Below are positions 9,762-20,455 of a stretch of DNA of 64,000 bases, in pieces (position 1 is the first letter of the stretch; every line of letters starts with the position of its first letter). Made by a program: the position numbers and the translations under genes. The DNA is from Acidimicrobiia bacterium (GTDB taxonomy: Bacteria > Actinomycetota > Acidimicrobiia > Acidimicrobiales > Salinilacustritrichaceae): the NCBI GenBank assembly GCA_046565885.1, contig JBKHXT010000020.1:5784-69783 (forward strand), written 5' to 3'. The notes beneath the pieces were generated by a model. It saw only the letters and a program-made list of their open reading frames with translations. It made no database searches and was not told where the DNA came from.

Positions 9762-10760
9762 TCAGAACCCGGACGCCTGCTCGCTGCCGGCGACGTGGGG
9801 CGCCGGGACCGTGGACAGCAGCCGGGCCAGCACGTGCTCGACCGTGACGCCCTGGGCGAGGGCCTCGTAGGACAGCACGAGCCGGTGGCGCAGCACGTCG
9901 GGCGCCACGTCGAAGACGTCCTGGGGGGTCACGTACGAGCGCTGGCGCAGCATGGCCAGGGCCCGACCGGCGGCGGCCAGGCCGAGCGTGGCCCGGGGCG
10001 AGGCGCCGTAGGAGAGGTACTCGACCAGGTCGGGCAGGCCCGCCCGGGCGGGGTCGCGCGTGGCCTGGACCAGGTCGACGGCGTACTGCAGGGTGCCGTG
10101 GTCGACGTCGACGGCGGCCGCCGCGTCCTGCAGGCGGACCAGGGCGTCGGTGTCGAGGCGGCGCTCGGCCCGGGGCGGCTCGACGCCGTGGCGCAGCACG
10201 ATCTCGGACTCCTCGGCCGGCGACGGGTAGTCGATGAGGATCTTCATGAGGAACCGGTCGCGCTGGGCCTCGGGCAGCGGGTAGACGCCCTCGGACTCGA
10301 TCGGGTTCTGCGTGGCCATGACGAGGAACGGCCGGGGCACCTCGTGGGTCTGCCCGCCGAGGGAGACCTGCTTCTCGGCCATCACCTCGAGCAGCGCCGA
10401 CTGCACCTTGGCCGGCGCCCGGTTGATCTCGTCGGCGAGCAGGAAGTTGACGAACACGGGCCCGAGCTCGACGTCGAAGCGCTCGGACGACTGGCGCCAC
10501 ACGCGCGTGCCGGTGATGTCGGCCGGGAGCAGGTCGGGCGTGAACTGGATGCGGGCGAACGTGCCGCCCACCATGGTGGCCAGGGTCTCCATGGCCAGGG
10601 TCTTGGCCAGGCCCGGCACGCCCTCGAGGAGCAGGTGGCCCTTGGCCAGCAGGCCGACGAGCAGGCGCTCGAGCACCCGGTCCTGGCCGACGATGACCCG
10701 CTTGACCTCCTGGGTGACCGACTGCAGCTCGGCCGAGGGGTGGGGCGCGCTCGTGTCCAC
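9762..10760 (-). CDS. moxR: MoxR-family AAA+ ATPase
   Basis: GVPGLAKT, RIQFTPDLLPADI, DEINRA, ATQNPIE, EAQRDRF. Confidence 0.95.
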   Translation of the reverse strand: MDTSAPHPSAELQSVTQEVKRVIVGQDRVLERLLVGLLAKGHLLLEGVPGLAKTLAMETLATMVGGTFARIQFTPDLLPADITGTRVWRQSSERFDVELGPVFVNFLLADEINRAPAKVQSALLEVMAEKQVSLGGQTHEVPRPFLVMATQNPIESEGVYPLPEAQRDRFLMKILIDYPSPAEESEIVLRHGVEPPRAERRLDTDALVRLQDAAAAVDVDHGTLQYAVDLVQATRDPARAGLPDLVEYLSYGASPRATLGLAAAGRALAMLRQRSYVTPQDVFDVAPDVLRHRLVLSYEALAQGVTVEHVLARLLSTVPAPHVAGSEQASGF

Positions 10761-10842
10761 GCACCGAGGCTAGAGCCGTCGCGGCCGGACGCCGCCTCGG
10801 CCCTCCGGGGCTCCCGGGGACCGGCGGTAGGCTCGCCCGACC

Positions 10843-12042
10843 ATGGAGATCCTCCTGCTCGTCGCCGCCGTCGTCGTCCTCGTGGGAGGCGTGGCGGTCG
10901 TGCTCGTCAACCGCCGCGACACCACGCCCCCCGGCATCGAGCCCCCGCAGCGAGGTCCGTCGGGCACGTCGGCGTTCGGCGGCGCCCCCGCCGAGGTCCG
11001 CCCCGCCACCCACGGCGACCAGGAGTCCGAGCTCGACCAGGAGCTGGCCCACGGCCACGCCCCGGCGCCCGGCGTCGAGGGCACGCCGGAGGAGGCGGCC
11101 GCCGTCGCTGGGACCGAGCCAGTGGTCCGGCCCACCTTCCGCGATCGGCTCACGAAGGCCCGCTCGACCTTCTCGGCCTACCTCGGCTCGATGCTGTCCC
11201 GCTCGGACATCACCGAGGAGACCTGGGAGGAGCTCGAGGAGGCGCTCATCCGCGCCGACGTGGGCGTGGGCCTCACCACCCGGCTGCTCGACGACCTGCG
11301 GGCCACGGTGAAGGAGCAGGGCATCACCGAGCCGCAGGCCCTCGTCGACGCCCTGAAGGCCGACCTCACCGCCCGCCTCGAGGCCGGCGACCGCGGCCTC
11401 ACCTACGAGCCGGGGAACCCGAACGTGTGGCTGTTCGTCGGCGTCAACGGCGTCGGCAAGACCACGTCGATCGGCAAGGTCGGCAAGCAGCAGGTGGCCG
11501 AGGGCCGCTCGGTGATCATGGCCGCCGGCGACACGTTCCGCGCCGCCGCCGCCGAGCAGCTCGAGACCTGGGCCGGCCGGGCGGGCGCCGACTTCCACCG
11601 GGGCGCCGAGGGCGGCGATCCGTCGTCGGTCATCTACGACGCCATCCAGAAGGCCGGCGCCCGCGAGATCGACCTGGTCCTCGCCGACACCGCCGGGCGC
11701 CTGCACACCAAGTCGAACCTCATGGAGGAGCTCGCCAAGGTGCGCCGGGTGGCCGACCGCGACCCGGGCAACGTCACCGAGGTGCTCCTCGTGCTCGACG
11801 CCACCACCGGCCAGAACGGCCTGCAGCAGGCCAAGCAGTTCACCGAGGCCACCCAGTGCACGGGCGTGGTGCTCACCAAGCTCGACGGCTCGGCCAAGGG
11901 CGGCATCGCCCTGGCCATCGCCCTCGACCCCGAGCTCGGCGGCCTCGGCCTGCCCATCAAGCTCGTCGGTCTCGGCGAGTCGGCCGACGACCTCATCGAG
12001 TTCGACCCGCAGGCGTTCGTCGACGCCCTGCTCACCCCGTAG
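10843..12042 (+). CDS. ftsY: SRP receptor FtsY with N-terminal TM anchor
   Basis: GVNGVGKTT, DTFRAAA, DTAGR, TKLDGSAKGG. Confidence 0.97.
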   Translation: MEILLLVAAVVVLVGGVAVVLVNRRDTTPPGIEPPQRGPSGTSAFGGAPAEVRPATHGDQESELDQELAHGHAPAPGVEGTPEEAAAVAGTEPVVRPTFRDRLTKARSTFSAYLGSMLSRSDITEETWEELEEALIRADVGVGLTTRLLDDLRATVKEQGITEPQALVDALKADLTARLEAGDRGLTYEPGNPNVWLFVGVNGVGKTTSIGKVGKQQVAEGRSVIMAAGDTFRAAAAEQLETWAGRAGADFHRGAEGGDPSSVIYDAIQKAGAREIDLVLADTAGRLHTKSNLMEELAKVRRVADRDPGNVTEVLLVLDATTGQNGLQQAKQFTEATQCTGVVLTKLDGSAKGGIALAIALDPELGGLGLPIKLVGLGESADDLIEFDPQAFVDALLTP

Positions 12043-12050
12043 GGGCACCG

Positions 12051-12482
12051 GTGATCTGGCTGCTCTGGAAGCTGCTCACGCTGCCGATCCGGATCGTGCT
12101 CGGGGTGCTGAAGCTGGTCTTCGGCACCATCCGCTTCATCGGCCTCGACCGGATCGCCGCGTTCGGCGCCGGTGCCGCCGCCGGTGCCGTCCTCGTCCCG
12201 AAGCCCCCGGCGGCCCAGCGCCCCGGCGTCGCCGAGCGCCAGGAGGCCACGGCCGCCCGGGCCGGTGACCTCGGCGCCGCCGTCCGCCACGAGCTGGCGA
12301 CCTCGCCCCGCACGTGGCACCTGCCCCAACCGGGCGTCACGGTCCAGGGTGACCGGATCCGCCTGGCCGGCAGCGTGTCCCACGAGCAGGCCCGGCTCGA
12401 CCTCGTCCGCACCGCCGGCGCCATCGCCGGCGTGCGCGCCGTCGACGACGACCTCGTGGTCGAGGCCGACCCGCACTCGTAG
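12051..12482 (+). CDS. Membrane-anchored BON domain protein
   Basis: Hydrophobic N-terminus; C-terminal IRLAGSV...AGAIAGVRAVDDDL BON pattern. Confidence 0.75.
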   Translation: MIWLLWKLLTLPIRIVLGVLKLVFGTIRFIGLDRIAAFGAGAAAGAVLVPKPPAAQRPGVAERQEATAARAGDLGAAVRHELATSPRTWHLPQPGVTVQGDRIRLAGSVSHEQARLDLVRTAGAIAGVRAVDDDLVVEADPHS

Positions 12483-12516
12483 GGCGCCGGCGTCGCGCCC
12501 GTAGACTCGGGCCTCC

Positions 12517-13947
<1,431 letters not shown>

Positions 13948-14071
13948 GCGGAACCGCCTCGGCGAGGTTGCTTCCGCGGCGCCGGAGGGCGCACACTGGT
14001 CCGCTGTGCCCGGACCGGCCCCGCCGCCGTCCGCGCCGGTACGCAACCCCTGACTCCAGAGAGAAGACCCC

Positions 14072-14401
14072 GTGGCCGTCAAGCTCCGCCTCATGCGGAT
14101 GGGCAAGAAGAAGCAGCCCACCTACCGCATCGTCGCCGCCGATTCCCGCTCGCCCCGTGACGGGCGGTTCATCGAGATCATCGGGCACTACGACGCCCGC
14201 CGCGAGCCCTCGCTGATCAAGGTCGACAACGAGCGCGCCGTGCACTGGCTGAAGAACGGTGCCCAGCCCACCGAGACCGTGCAGAAGCTGCTGACCCTTT
14301 CGGGCGCCGTCGCCCAGGCCAAGGGCGAGCCGCTGCCCGAGGGCGCCGAGCAGTTCCACAAGGGCGCTCCCGCGGAAGCCGCAGCCGGCGCCGAGTCGTG
14401 A
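14072..14401 (+). CDS. rpsP: 30S ribosomal protein S16
   Basis: [33 protein letters not shown]. Confidence 0.98.
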   Translation: MAVKLRLMRMGKKKQPTYRIVAADSRSPRDGRFIEIIGHYDARREPSLIKVDNERAVHWLKNGAQPTETVQKLLTLSGAVAQAKGEPLPEGAEQFHKGAPAEAAAGAES

Positions 14402-14652
14402 GCGACCAGGTCGCGCCGACCGCCGTCGCGGTCTGCGAGTACGTCTGCCGCTCCATCGTCTCCCAGCCCGACGAGGTGTCGGTCGAGGTCGACGACGCCG
14501 GCGACCGCGTCGAGCTGACCGTCACCGTCGGCGACGGCGACACCGGTCGCGTCATCGGCCGCCGGGGCCGCACGGCCCAGGCCATCCGCGCCGTCGTCCG
14601 CGCCGCCGCGGCGAAGGACGGCGTCGAGGTCGACGTGGAGTTCGCCGATTAG
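14398..14652 (+). CDS. khpA: KH-domain RNA-binding protein KhpA
   Basis: [15 protein letters not shown] GxxG motif; rpsP-KH-rimM synteny. Confidence 0.92.
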   Translation: MSDQVAPTAVAVCEYVCRSIVSQPDEVSVEVDDAGDRVELTVTVGDGDTGRVIGRRGRTAQAIRAVVRAAAAKDGVEVDVEFAD

Positions 14653-15124
14653 CGATCCGACCTTCCTCGAGGTCGGGACCATCGCCAAGCCCCTCGGGCT
14701 GAAGGGCGAGGTCGTCGTCCGGCTGCTGACCGACCGCGAGGAGCGGCTGGCGCCCGGCTCGGTCCTCGAGACCGACCGCGGGCCGCTCACGGTCGTCGAG
14801 GCCCACCCGCACCAGAACCGCTGGCGCGTCCGCTTCGAGGGCTTCCACCGCCGCGAGGACGTCGAGCCGCTGCACGGCCTGGTGCTGCGCGCCGAGCCCG
14901 TCGACGACCCCGACGTGTGGTTCGTCCACGACCTCATCGGCAAGCCGGTGGCACTCGGCGACGGCACCGTGGTGGGCACGTGCACGTCGGTGGTCGACAA
15001 CCCCGCCCACGACCTGCTCGAGCTCGACGGCGGCCAGCTCGTGCCCCTGCCCTTCGTCGTCGAGGTCGGTGACGTGATCGAGATCGATCCGCCCGAGGGC
15101 CTCCTCGATCCCGACGGCGCATGA
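14648..15124 (+). CDS. rimM: Ribosome maturation factor RimM (probable ATT start)
   Basis: Frame reads [22 protein letters not shown]...NPAHDLL...VPLPFV; no ATG/GTG/TTG before the conserved N-terminus; ATT at 14648 with GGAG upstream. Confidence 0.88.
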   Translation: MSDPTFLEVGTIAKPLGLKGEVVVRLLTDREERLAPGSVLETDRGPLTVVEAHPHQNRWRVRFEGFHRREDVEPLHGLVLRAEPVDDPDVWFVHDLIGKPVALGDGTVVGTCTSVVDNPAHDLLELDGGQLVPLPFVVEVGDVIEIDPPEGLLDPDGA

Positions 15125-15888
15125 CGCTGCGGATCGACGTCTTCACGATCTTCCCGGAGCTGGTCGAGGGCTTCGCCGGCCAGAGCCTGCTCGGCAAGGC
15201 GCGCGAGCGGGGGCTGCTCGAGGTCAACGCCCGCGACCTGCGCTCGACCACCACCGACCCCCACCGCAGCGTCGACGACGCCCCCTTCGGCGGCGGCGCC
15301 GGCATGGTGCTCATGCCCGAGCCGCTGGTGGGCGCCATCGAGGCCGTCGACCCGCCCCGCCCGCTCTACGTGCTCGGCCCCGCCGGCCGGCGCTTCGACC
15401 AGGCCATGGCCCGCGAGCTGGCCGACGGCGAGGGCTTCTCGCTGCTCTGCGGGCGCTACGAGGGCATCGACCAGCGGGTGATCGACCACTGGTGCGACGG
15501 CGAGCTGTCGATCGGCGACTACGTGCTCGCCGGCGGCGAGGTGGCGGCGATGGTGGTGCTCGAGGCCGTCGGGCGCCTGGTGCCCGGCGTCATGGGCAAC
15601 GACACCTCCGCCGACGAGGAGTCGTTCTCCCACGGGCTGCTCGAGTACCCCCAGTACACCCGACCCGCCGAGTTCCGGGGCCACGAGGTGCCCGAGGTGC
15701 TGCGCTCCGGCGACCACGGCCGGGTCGCCCGCTGGCGCCACGCCCAGGCCCTGGTGCGCACGGCCGTGCACCGCCCGGACCTGCTCGCCGCCCGCCCCCT
15801 CACCCACGAGGACGAGGTCATCCTCTCCGAGTTCCACCTGCTCGCCCAGGTCCGGGCGATCGTCCCCGACCCCGACACCCACCGCTGA
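15121..15888 (+). CDS. trmD: tRNA (guanine37-N1)-methyltransferase
   Basis: [41 protein letters not shown]. Confidence 0.98.
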   Translation: MTLRIDVFTIFPELVEGFAGQSLLGKARERGLLEVNARDLRSTTTDPHRSVDDAPFGGGAGMVLMPEPLVGAIEAVDPPRPLYVLGPAGRRFDQAMARELADGEGFSLLCGRYEGIDQRVIDHWCDGELSIGDYVLAGGEVAAMVVLEAVGRLVPGVMGNDTSADEESFSHGLLEYPQYTRPAEFRGHEVPEVLRSGDHGRVARWRHAQALVRTAVHRPDLLAARPLTHEDEVILSEFHLLAQVRAIVPDPDTHR

Positions 15889-15989
15889 GCCCGGGCGGGT
15901 TGGTGGTGCCCGCCGCAGCACCCCTACACTTGCTCGTTCGCTGCGCCGGCTCCGTCGCGCACGCCCACGTTCGACTCCGAGGACCCGCC

Positions 15990-16337
15990 ATGCACCAGAC
16001 CGATCTCGTCGACCGCCAGAACCTCCGCGACGACATCCCCGCCTTCGCCCCCGGCGACACGGTGAACGTCCACGTCCGCGTGGTCGAGGGCAACAAGGAG
16101 CGCGTGCAGCAGTTCAAGGGCGTGGTCATCAAGCGCCAGGGCGCCGGCGTGCGCGAGACCTACACGGTCCGCAAGCTGTCGAACGGCGTCGGCGTCGAGC
16201 GCACCTTCCCGCTCCACACCCCGACCGTGGCCAAGATCGAGGTCGTCACCCGTGGCGACGTGCGCCGGGCCAAGCTGTACTACCTGCGCGACCGCATCGG
16301 GAAGCGCGCGAAGGTCAAGGAGAAGCGCGAGTTCTGA
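15990..16337 (+). CDS. rplS: 50S ribosomal protein L19
   Basis: [34 protein letters not shown]. Confidence 0.98.
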   Translation: MHQTDLVDRQNLRDDIPAFAPGDTVNVHVRVVEGNKERVQQFKGVVIKRQGAGVRETYTVRKLSNGVGVERTFPLHTPTVAKIEVVTRGDVRRAKLYYLRDRIGKRAKVKEKREF

Positions 16338-17008
16338 TCGAGTGGCGCGCCGCCGGCTCCGCACCCGGGGCCGGCGTCGCCGACGAGCTGCCGCCGCTGC
16401 GCCCGCCCGAGCGCGAGGCCGGCGCGGCCCGCTCGCTGCTCGAGGTCCCGCTGCTGCTGGTGCTGGCGGCCGCCATCGCCCTGGTGGTGAAGGCGTTCCT
16501 CGCCCAGGCCTTCTTCATCCCCTCCGAGTCGATGGAGCCCCAGCTGGTCACCGGCGACCGCGTCGTGGTGTCCCGCCTGTCCACCGACCTGCACGAGCCG
16601 CGTCGGGGCGACATCGTCGTCTTCGACGACCCCACCGTCGCCGAGGTGGAGGACGGCTCGCTGCTCCCCGTCCGGCTCGGCCGCGACGCCCTGGAGGCGC
16701 TCGGCGTGGTGGAGCCGCGGGGGCGCGAGCTCATCAAGCGGGTCGTCGGCCTGCCCGGTGAGCTGGTCTCCAGCGACGGGCAGGGCGTGCTGGTCGACGG
16801 TCGCCCGCTGCGGGAGCCGTACCTCGCGGAGACGGCCGTGACCGACCCCTTCCCCGCCGTGCGCGTGCCCGAGGGGCACGTGTTCGTGATGGGCGACAGC
16901 CGGCGGAACTCCAAGGACTCCCGCCGGTTCGGGCCGGTCGACGTCGACCGCATCGTCGGCCGGGCCATCGCCCGGGTCTGGCCGCCCCAGCGGGCCGCCT
17001 GGCTCTGA
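16334..17008 (+). CDS. lepB: Signal peptidase I (start probably CTG overlapping the rplS stop)
   Basis: IPSESMEP (catalytic Ser), IKRVVGLPG (Lys), [11 protein letters not shown]; first canonical start (16460) lies inside the TM helix. Confidence 0.9.
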   Translation: MIEWRAAGSAPGAGVADELPPLRPPEREAGAARSLLEVPLLLVLAAAIALVVKAFLAQAFFIPSESMEPQLVTGDRVVVSRLSTDLHEPRRGDIVVFDDPTVAEVEDGSLLPVRLGRDALEALGVVEPRGRELIKRVVGLPGELVSSDGQGVLVDGRPLREPYLAETAVTDPFPAVRVPEGHVFVMGDSRRNSKDSRRFGPVDVDRIVGRAIARVWPPQRAAWL

Positions 17009-17109
17009 GCAGACCGGCGCTGCGGAGCAGACCGCCGTCGGCACGCCGGCGTCGGGAGCGCCAGCGAGCAGCCGGCACGCGGCGCTGCGGAGCAGACCGC
17101 CATCGGCAC
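17007..17109. repeat. Intergenic 29-bp direct repeat flanking a REP-like element
   Basis: GGCGCTGCGGAGCAGACCGCC(G/A)TCGGCAC at 17016-17044 and 17081-17109. Confidence 0.75.
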
Positions 17110-17113
17110 AGGC

Positions 17114-17136
17114 TGTCGGTGGGGCAGAGGTAGCGT
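17114..17136 (+). promoter_or_regulatory. RecA-NDp/PafBC-like promoter, leaderless
   Basis: TGTCGG-N11-TAGCGT, 6 nt before the DUF2469 GTG. Confidence 0.45.
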
Positions 17137-17142
17137 CTCGGC

Positions 17143-17466
17143 GTGAGCGCGGACGACCTCGAGGCCTACGAAGCCGACATCGAGCTCCAGCTGTACCGGG
17201 AGTACAAGGACGTCAGCCCCACCTTCGCCTACGTCGTCGAGACCGAGCGCCGCTTCTACCTGGCCAACGAGGTCCAGCGGACGGTGCACGACGGCGGCGG
17301 CTCGCCCTTCATCGAGCTCGAGCTGCGCGACGCCTGGGTGTGGGACATGTACCGCTCCAGCCGCTTCGTCTCCCGGGTCCAGATCGTGACGTTCAAGGAC
17401 GTCAACATCGAAGAGCTCCCGAAGGCCGACATCGACCTCGAGTCGTTCCGCAAGGGCCCGGGCTGA
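17143..17466 (+). CDS. DUF2469 family protein
   Basis: MSADDLEAYE...YVVETERRFYLAN...DAWVWDMYR. Confidence 0.92.
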   Translation: MSADDLEAYEADIELQLYREYKDVSPTFAYVVETERRFYLANEVQRTVHDGGGSPFIELELRDAWVWDMYRSSRFVSRVQIVTFKDVNIEELPKADIDLESFRKGPG

Positions 17467-17470
17467 TCCG

Positions 17471-17815
17471 GTGACCGTCGCCCGCCAGCGCCTCGGGTCC
17501 TCGGGCGAGCGCCGGGCCGCGCGGCGCTACGAGGCGGCGGGCTGGGAGGTGGTGGCCCGCAACTGGCGCTGCTCGGACGGCGAGCTCGACCTCGTGGTGC
17601 GGCGTGGTGCCACCCTCGCCTTCGTCGAGGTCAAGACCCGCACCACCGACCGGTTCGGGCACCCGGCCGAGGCGGTGACGCCGGCGAAGCAGCGCCGCAT
17701 CCGACGGCTGGCGGCCCGCTTCTGCGCCGACACCGGCGAGCGGGCCGACGTGGTGCGCTTCGACGTGGTCAGCGTGCTGGCCGGCCAGGTCGAGGTCTAC
17801 GAGGGCTGCTTCTAG
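17471..17815 (+). CDS. yraN: YraN (UPF0102) nuclease
   Basis: RNWRCSDGELDLV, FVEVKTR, VRFDV. Confidence 0.93.
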   Translation: MTVARQRLGSSGERRAARRYEAAGWEVVARNWRCSDGELDLVVRRGATLAFVEVKTRTTDRFGHPAEAVTPAKQRRIRRLAARFCADTGERADVVRFDVVSVLAGQVEVYEGCF

Positions 17816-17820
17816 CCGAA

Positions 17821-17875
17821 GTGCCGATGCCCCGACGCCACGGTCGGCGTGGGGAGCGCAGCGAGCAGCCGACAG
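17821..17875. repeat. Second copy of the REP-like intergenic element
   Basis: CGGCGTGGGGAGCGCAGCGAGCAGCCG (17845-17871) nearly matches 17047-17074. Confidence 0.65.
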
Positions 17876-17916
17876 CGTTGCGAGGCTCGAACGGCCCCCG
17901 AGGGCCGGAGGCCGAG

Positions 17917-18027
17917 CTAGCCGAACACAGCCCAGAGCACGAGCAGGAGGGCGACGAGCAGGCCGGCGGCGACGAACACGAGGTCGCTGCGCCGCTGCTT
18001 CTGGGGGCGGTACGGGTTGAGGCCCAC
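17917..18027 (-). CDS. 36-aa single-TM small protein
   Basis: (M)GLNPYRPQKQRRSDLVFVAAGLLVALLLVLWAVFG; own -10 TAGTGT 7 nt upstream; high-GC3 codons. Confidence 0.6.
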   Translation of the reverse strand: MGLNPYRPQKQRRSDLVFVAAGLLVALLLVLWAVFG

Positions 18028-18034
18028 GGACCGC

Positions 18035-18044
18035 ACACTAGGTT
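18035..18044. promoter_or_regulatory. Overlapping divergent -10 boxes (bidirectional leaderless promoter)
   Basis: ACACTAGGTT: TAGTGT on minus and TAGGTT on plus share the TA. Confidence 0.55.
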
Positions 18045-18052
18045 CGCCGGCC

Positions 18053-18829
18053 ATGGACACGCTCCTCGTGGAGCGTGACGGGGGGATCGTCACCGTCACG
18101 CTGAACAAGCCGGAGAAGAAGAACGCCGTCGATCCCACGCAGTGGGAGGAGCTGGCCCGCATCTTCGACGACATCGCCCGCAACCCCCGGCGGGACCGCG
18201 CCGTGGTGCTCACCGGGGCGGGCGGCGACTTCTGCTCCGGCGCCGACCTGTGGCTGCCGCCGGGCGAGGAGCCGCCGCACCAGATGACGGCGATGCGCAG
18301 CGTGGCCCGCGCCATCGAGGGGCTCCACGACCTGCCCCAGCCCACCATCGCCAAGGTGCCCGGCGTCGCCGCCGGCGCCGGCTGCTCGCTCGCCCTCGGC
18401 TGCGACCTCGTCGTCGCCGCCGAGCGGGCCCGGTTCTCGATGATCTTCGCCAAGCGGGGCCTGGCCCTCGACGCCGGCGCCTCGTGGCTGCTGCCCCGGC
18501 TCATGCCGCTGCACAAGGCCAAGGAGCTCGCCTTCTTCGCCGACCTGCTGTCGGCCGAGCAGGCCGAGGACTTCGGCATCGTCAACCGCGTCGTGCCCGA
18601 CGGCGAGCTCGACGCCTTCGTCGCCGACTGGGCCGCCCGCCTCGCCGCCGGCCCGCCCATCGCGCTCGGCCTCACCAAGCGCCTCCTGAACGACTCGCAC
18701 TCGCGGTCGCTCGCCGAGGCCCTCGAGGCCGAGGGCATGGCGCAGTCGATCACGCTGCAGTCCAAGGACACGGCCGAGGCGATCTCGTCGTTCATGGAGA
18801 AGCGCGAGCCCACCTTCCACGGGCGCTAG
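18053..18829 (+). CDS. Enoyl-CoA hydratase/isomerase (PaaG-like)
   Basis: LNKPEKKNA, FCSGADL, AAGAGCSLALGCD, GLALDAGAS. Confidence 0.92.
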   Translation: MDTLLVERDGGIVTVTLNKPEKKNAVDPTQWEELARIFDDIARNPRRDRAVVLTGAGGDFCSGADLWLPPGEEPPHQMTAMRSVARAIEGLHDLPQPTIAKVPGVAAGAGCSLALGCDLVVAAERARFSMIFAKRGLALDAGASWLLPRLMPLHKAKELAFFADLLSAEQAEDFGIVNRVVPDGELDAFVADWAARLAAGPPIALGLTKRLLNDSHSRSLAEALEAEGMAQSITLQSKDTAEAISSFMEKREPTFHGR

Positions 18830-18839
18830 CCCGAGATCC

Positions 18840-18862
18840 TGTCGGAGGGCCTGCGCTAGGTT
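18840..18862 (+). promoter_or_regulatory. RecA-NDp/PafBC-like promoter upstream of comM
   Basis: TGTCGG-N11-TAGGTT. Confidence 0.45.
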
Positions 18863-18943
18863 CTCCCCATCGGTCGGCGCGCTGCCGGCCCGCTCGATGC
18901 GCCGGCGCACGGCCATCCGCTCCGAAGCCCCGGAGGGATCACC

Positions 18944-20455
18944 GTGCTCGCATCCGTCACCGCCGCCACGCTGCTCGGCGTCACCGGCCACCGCGTCCGG
19001 GTGGAGGTGCACGTCGGCAGCGGCCTGCCGTCGTTCTCCCTCGTCGGCCTGCCCGACGCCGCCTGCCGTGAGGCGCGCGACCGCGTGCGCGCCGCCATCG
19101 CGTCCAGCGAGCTCGCGTGGCCCATGCAGCGCATCACGGTCAACCTGGCGCCGTCGTCGCTGCCCAAGATCGGCACCGGCCTCGACCTCGCCGTGGCCGT
19201 CGGCGTGCTCGTGGCCACCGGCGCGGTGCCGGCCGAGGCGGTCGAGGGCTGGGCGTTCGTCGGCGAGCTCGGCCTCGACGGGTCGCTGCGCCCGGTGCGG
19301 GGCACCGTCCCGCTCGTGGCCGGCGTGCGCGCCGGCGTCCGGGGCGTCGTGGTGGCGCCGGCCGCCGCCGGCGAGGCCGCCGTGGTCGGCGGGGTCGAGG
19401 TGCGCTGCGCCGGCACGCTCGGCGAGGTGGTGGCGGCGCTGCGGGCCGAGCGGCCGTGGCCCGATCCGCCGCCCGTCGACGAGCCGCCGCCGGAGGTGCA
19501 GCCCGACCTGGCCGACGTGCGCGGCCAGCCCCTCGGCCGGCGCGCCGTCGAGATCGCCGCGGCCGGCGGCCACCACCTGCTGCTCACCGGGCCGCCGGGC
19601 GCCGGCAAGACGATGCTCGCCACCCGGCTGCCCGGCGTCCTGCCCGACCTCGACGAGGAGGCCGCCCTCGAGGTCACGCAGATCCACTCCGCCGCCGGGC
19701 TGACGGCCGCCCGGCGGCTGGTGCGCCGACCGCCGTTCCGGGCCCCGCACCACACCGCCTCGGCGGTGGCCCTCATCGGCGGCGGGGCGGCGGCGCTGCG
19801 CCCCGGCGAGGTCAGCTGCGCCCACCGGGGCGTGCTGTTCTGCGACGAGCTCGGCGAGTTCCCGCCCTCGGTGCTCGACGCCCTGCGCCAGCCGCTCGAG
19901 GAGGGCGTCGTGCGCATCAACCGGGTGCGGGCCAGCACCACCTTCCCCGCCCGCTTCCAGCTGGTGGCGGCCACCAACCCGTGCCCGTGCGGGCCGGGCG
20001 CCGGCGGCTGCCGCTGCTCCGAGCACTCCCGTGCCCGCTACGTCCGGCGCCTGTCGGGGCCGCTGCTCGACCGCATCGACCTGCGCGTCGAGGTCGACCG
20101 GCCGGAGCCGGGTGACCTGCTCGGCGGCGGCGACGGCGAGCCGTCGAGCGTCGTGGCCCGCCGGGTCGTCGCCGCCCGCCGGCGGGCCGCCGAGCGTGGC
20201 GTGCGGGTGAACGCCGACCTGCCCACCGCCGTGCTGCGGCGGTCGGCCCCGCTCACGCCCGGCGCCCGCCGCCTGCTCGAGGCCCTCGTCCGATCCGGGC
20301 GGCTGTCCGGCCGGGGCGTCGACCGGGTGCGGCGGGTGGCGCTCACCGTCGCCGACCTCGACGGGTGCGAGCCCCCGCTCGACGAGCAGCGCATCGCCGT
20401 GGCCCTCGCCTTCCGGGTCAGCGAGGGCGTCGGCATCCTCGGGGTGGCGTCGTGA
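18944..20455 (+). CDS. comM: ComM/YifB Mg-chelatase-like AAA+ helicase
   Basis: LVGLPDAAC.EARDRV, GPPGAGKT, PFRAPHHTAS, NPCPCG, SGPLLDRID. Confidence 0.95.
   Translation: MLASVTAATLLGVTGHRVRVEVHVGSGLPSFSLVGLPDAACREARDRVRAAIASSELAWPMQRITVNLAPSSLPKIGTGLDLAVAVGVLVATGAVPAEAVEGWAFVGELGLDGSLRPVRGTVPLVAGVRAGVRGVVVAPAAAGEAAVVGGVEVRCAGTLGEVVAALRAERPWPDPPPVDEPPPEVQPDLADVRGQPLGRRAVEIAAAGGHHLLLTGPPGAGKTMLATRLPGVLPDLDEEAALEVTQIHSAAGLTAARRLVRRPPFRAPHHTASAVALIGGGAAALRPGEVSCAHRGVLFCDELGEFPPSVLDALRQPLEEGVVRINRVRASTTFPARFQLVAATNPCPCGPGAGGCRCSEHSRARYVRRLSGPLLDRIDLRVEVDRPEPGDLLGGGDGEPSSVVARRVVAARRRAAERGVRVNADLPTAVLRRSAPLTPGARRLLEALVRSGRLSGRGVDRVRRVALTVADLDGCEPPLDEQRIAVALAFRVSEGVGILGVAS

Noticed and set aside
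8806-12048. Apparent fusion or extended ORFs (e.g. 1080-aa DUF58, 1001-aa rpsB, 889-aa ispG)
   Set aside because: Spurious upstream extensions through neighbouring genes; real starts are set by RBS, -10 boxes or stop-start overlaps
17007-17109. 29-bp repeat / 36-bp spacer / repeat as a mini-CRISPR
   Set aside because: Only two copies, and the spacer is itself a dispersed repeat found again at 17845
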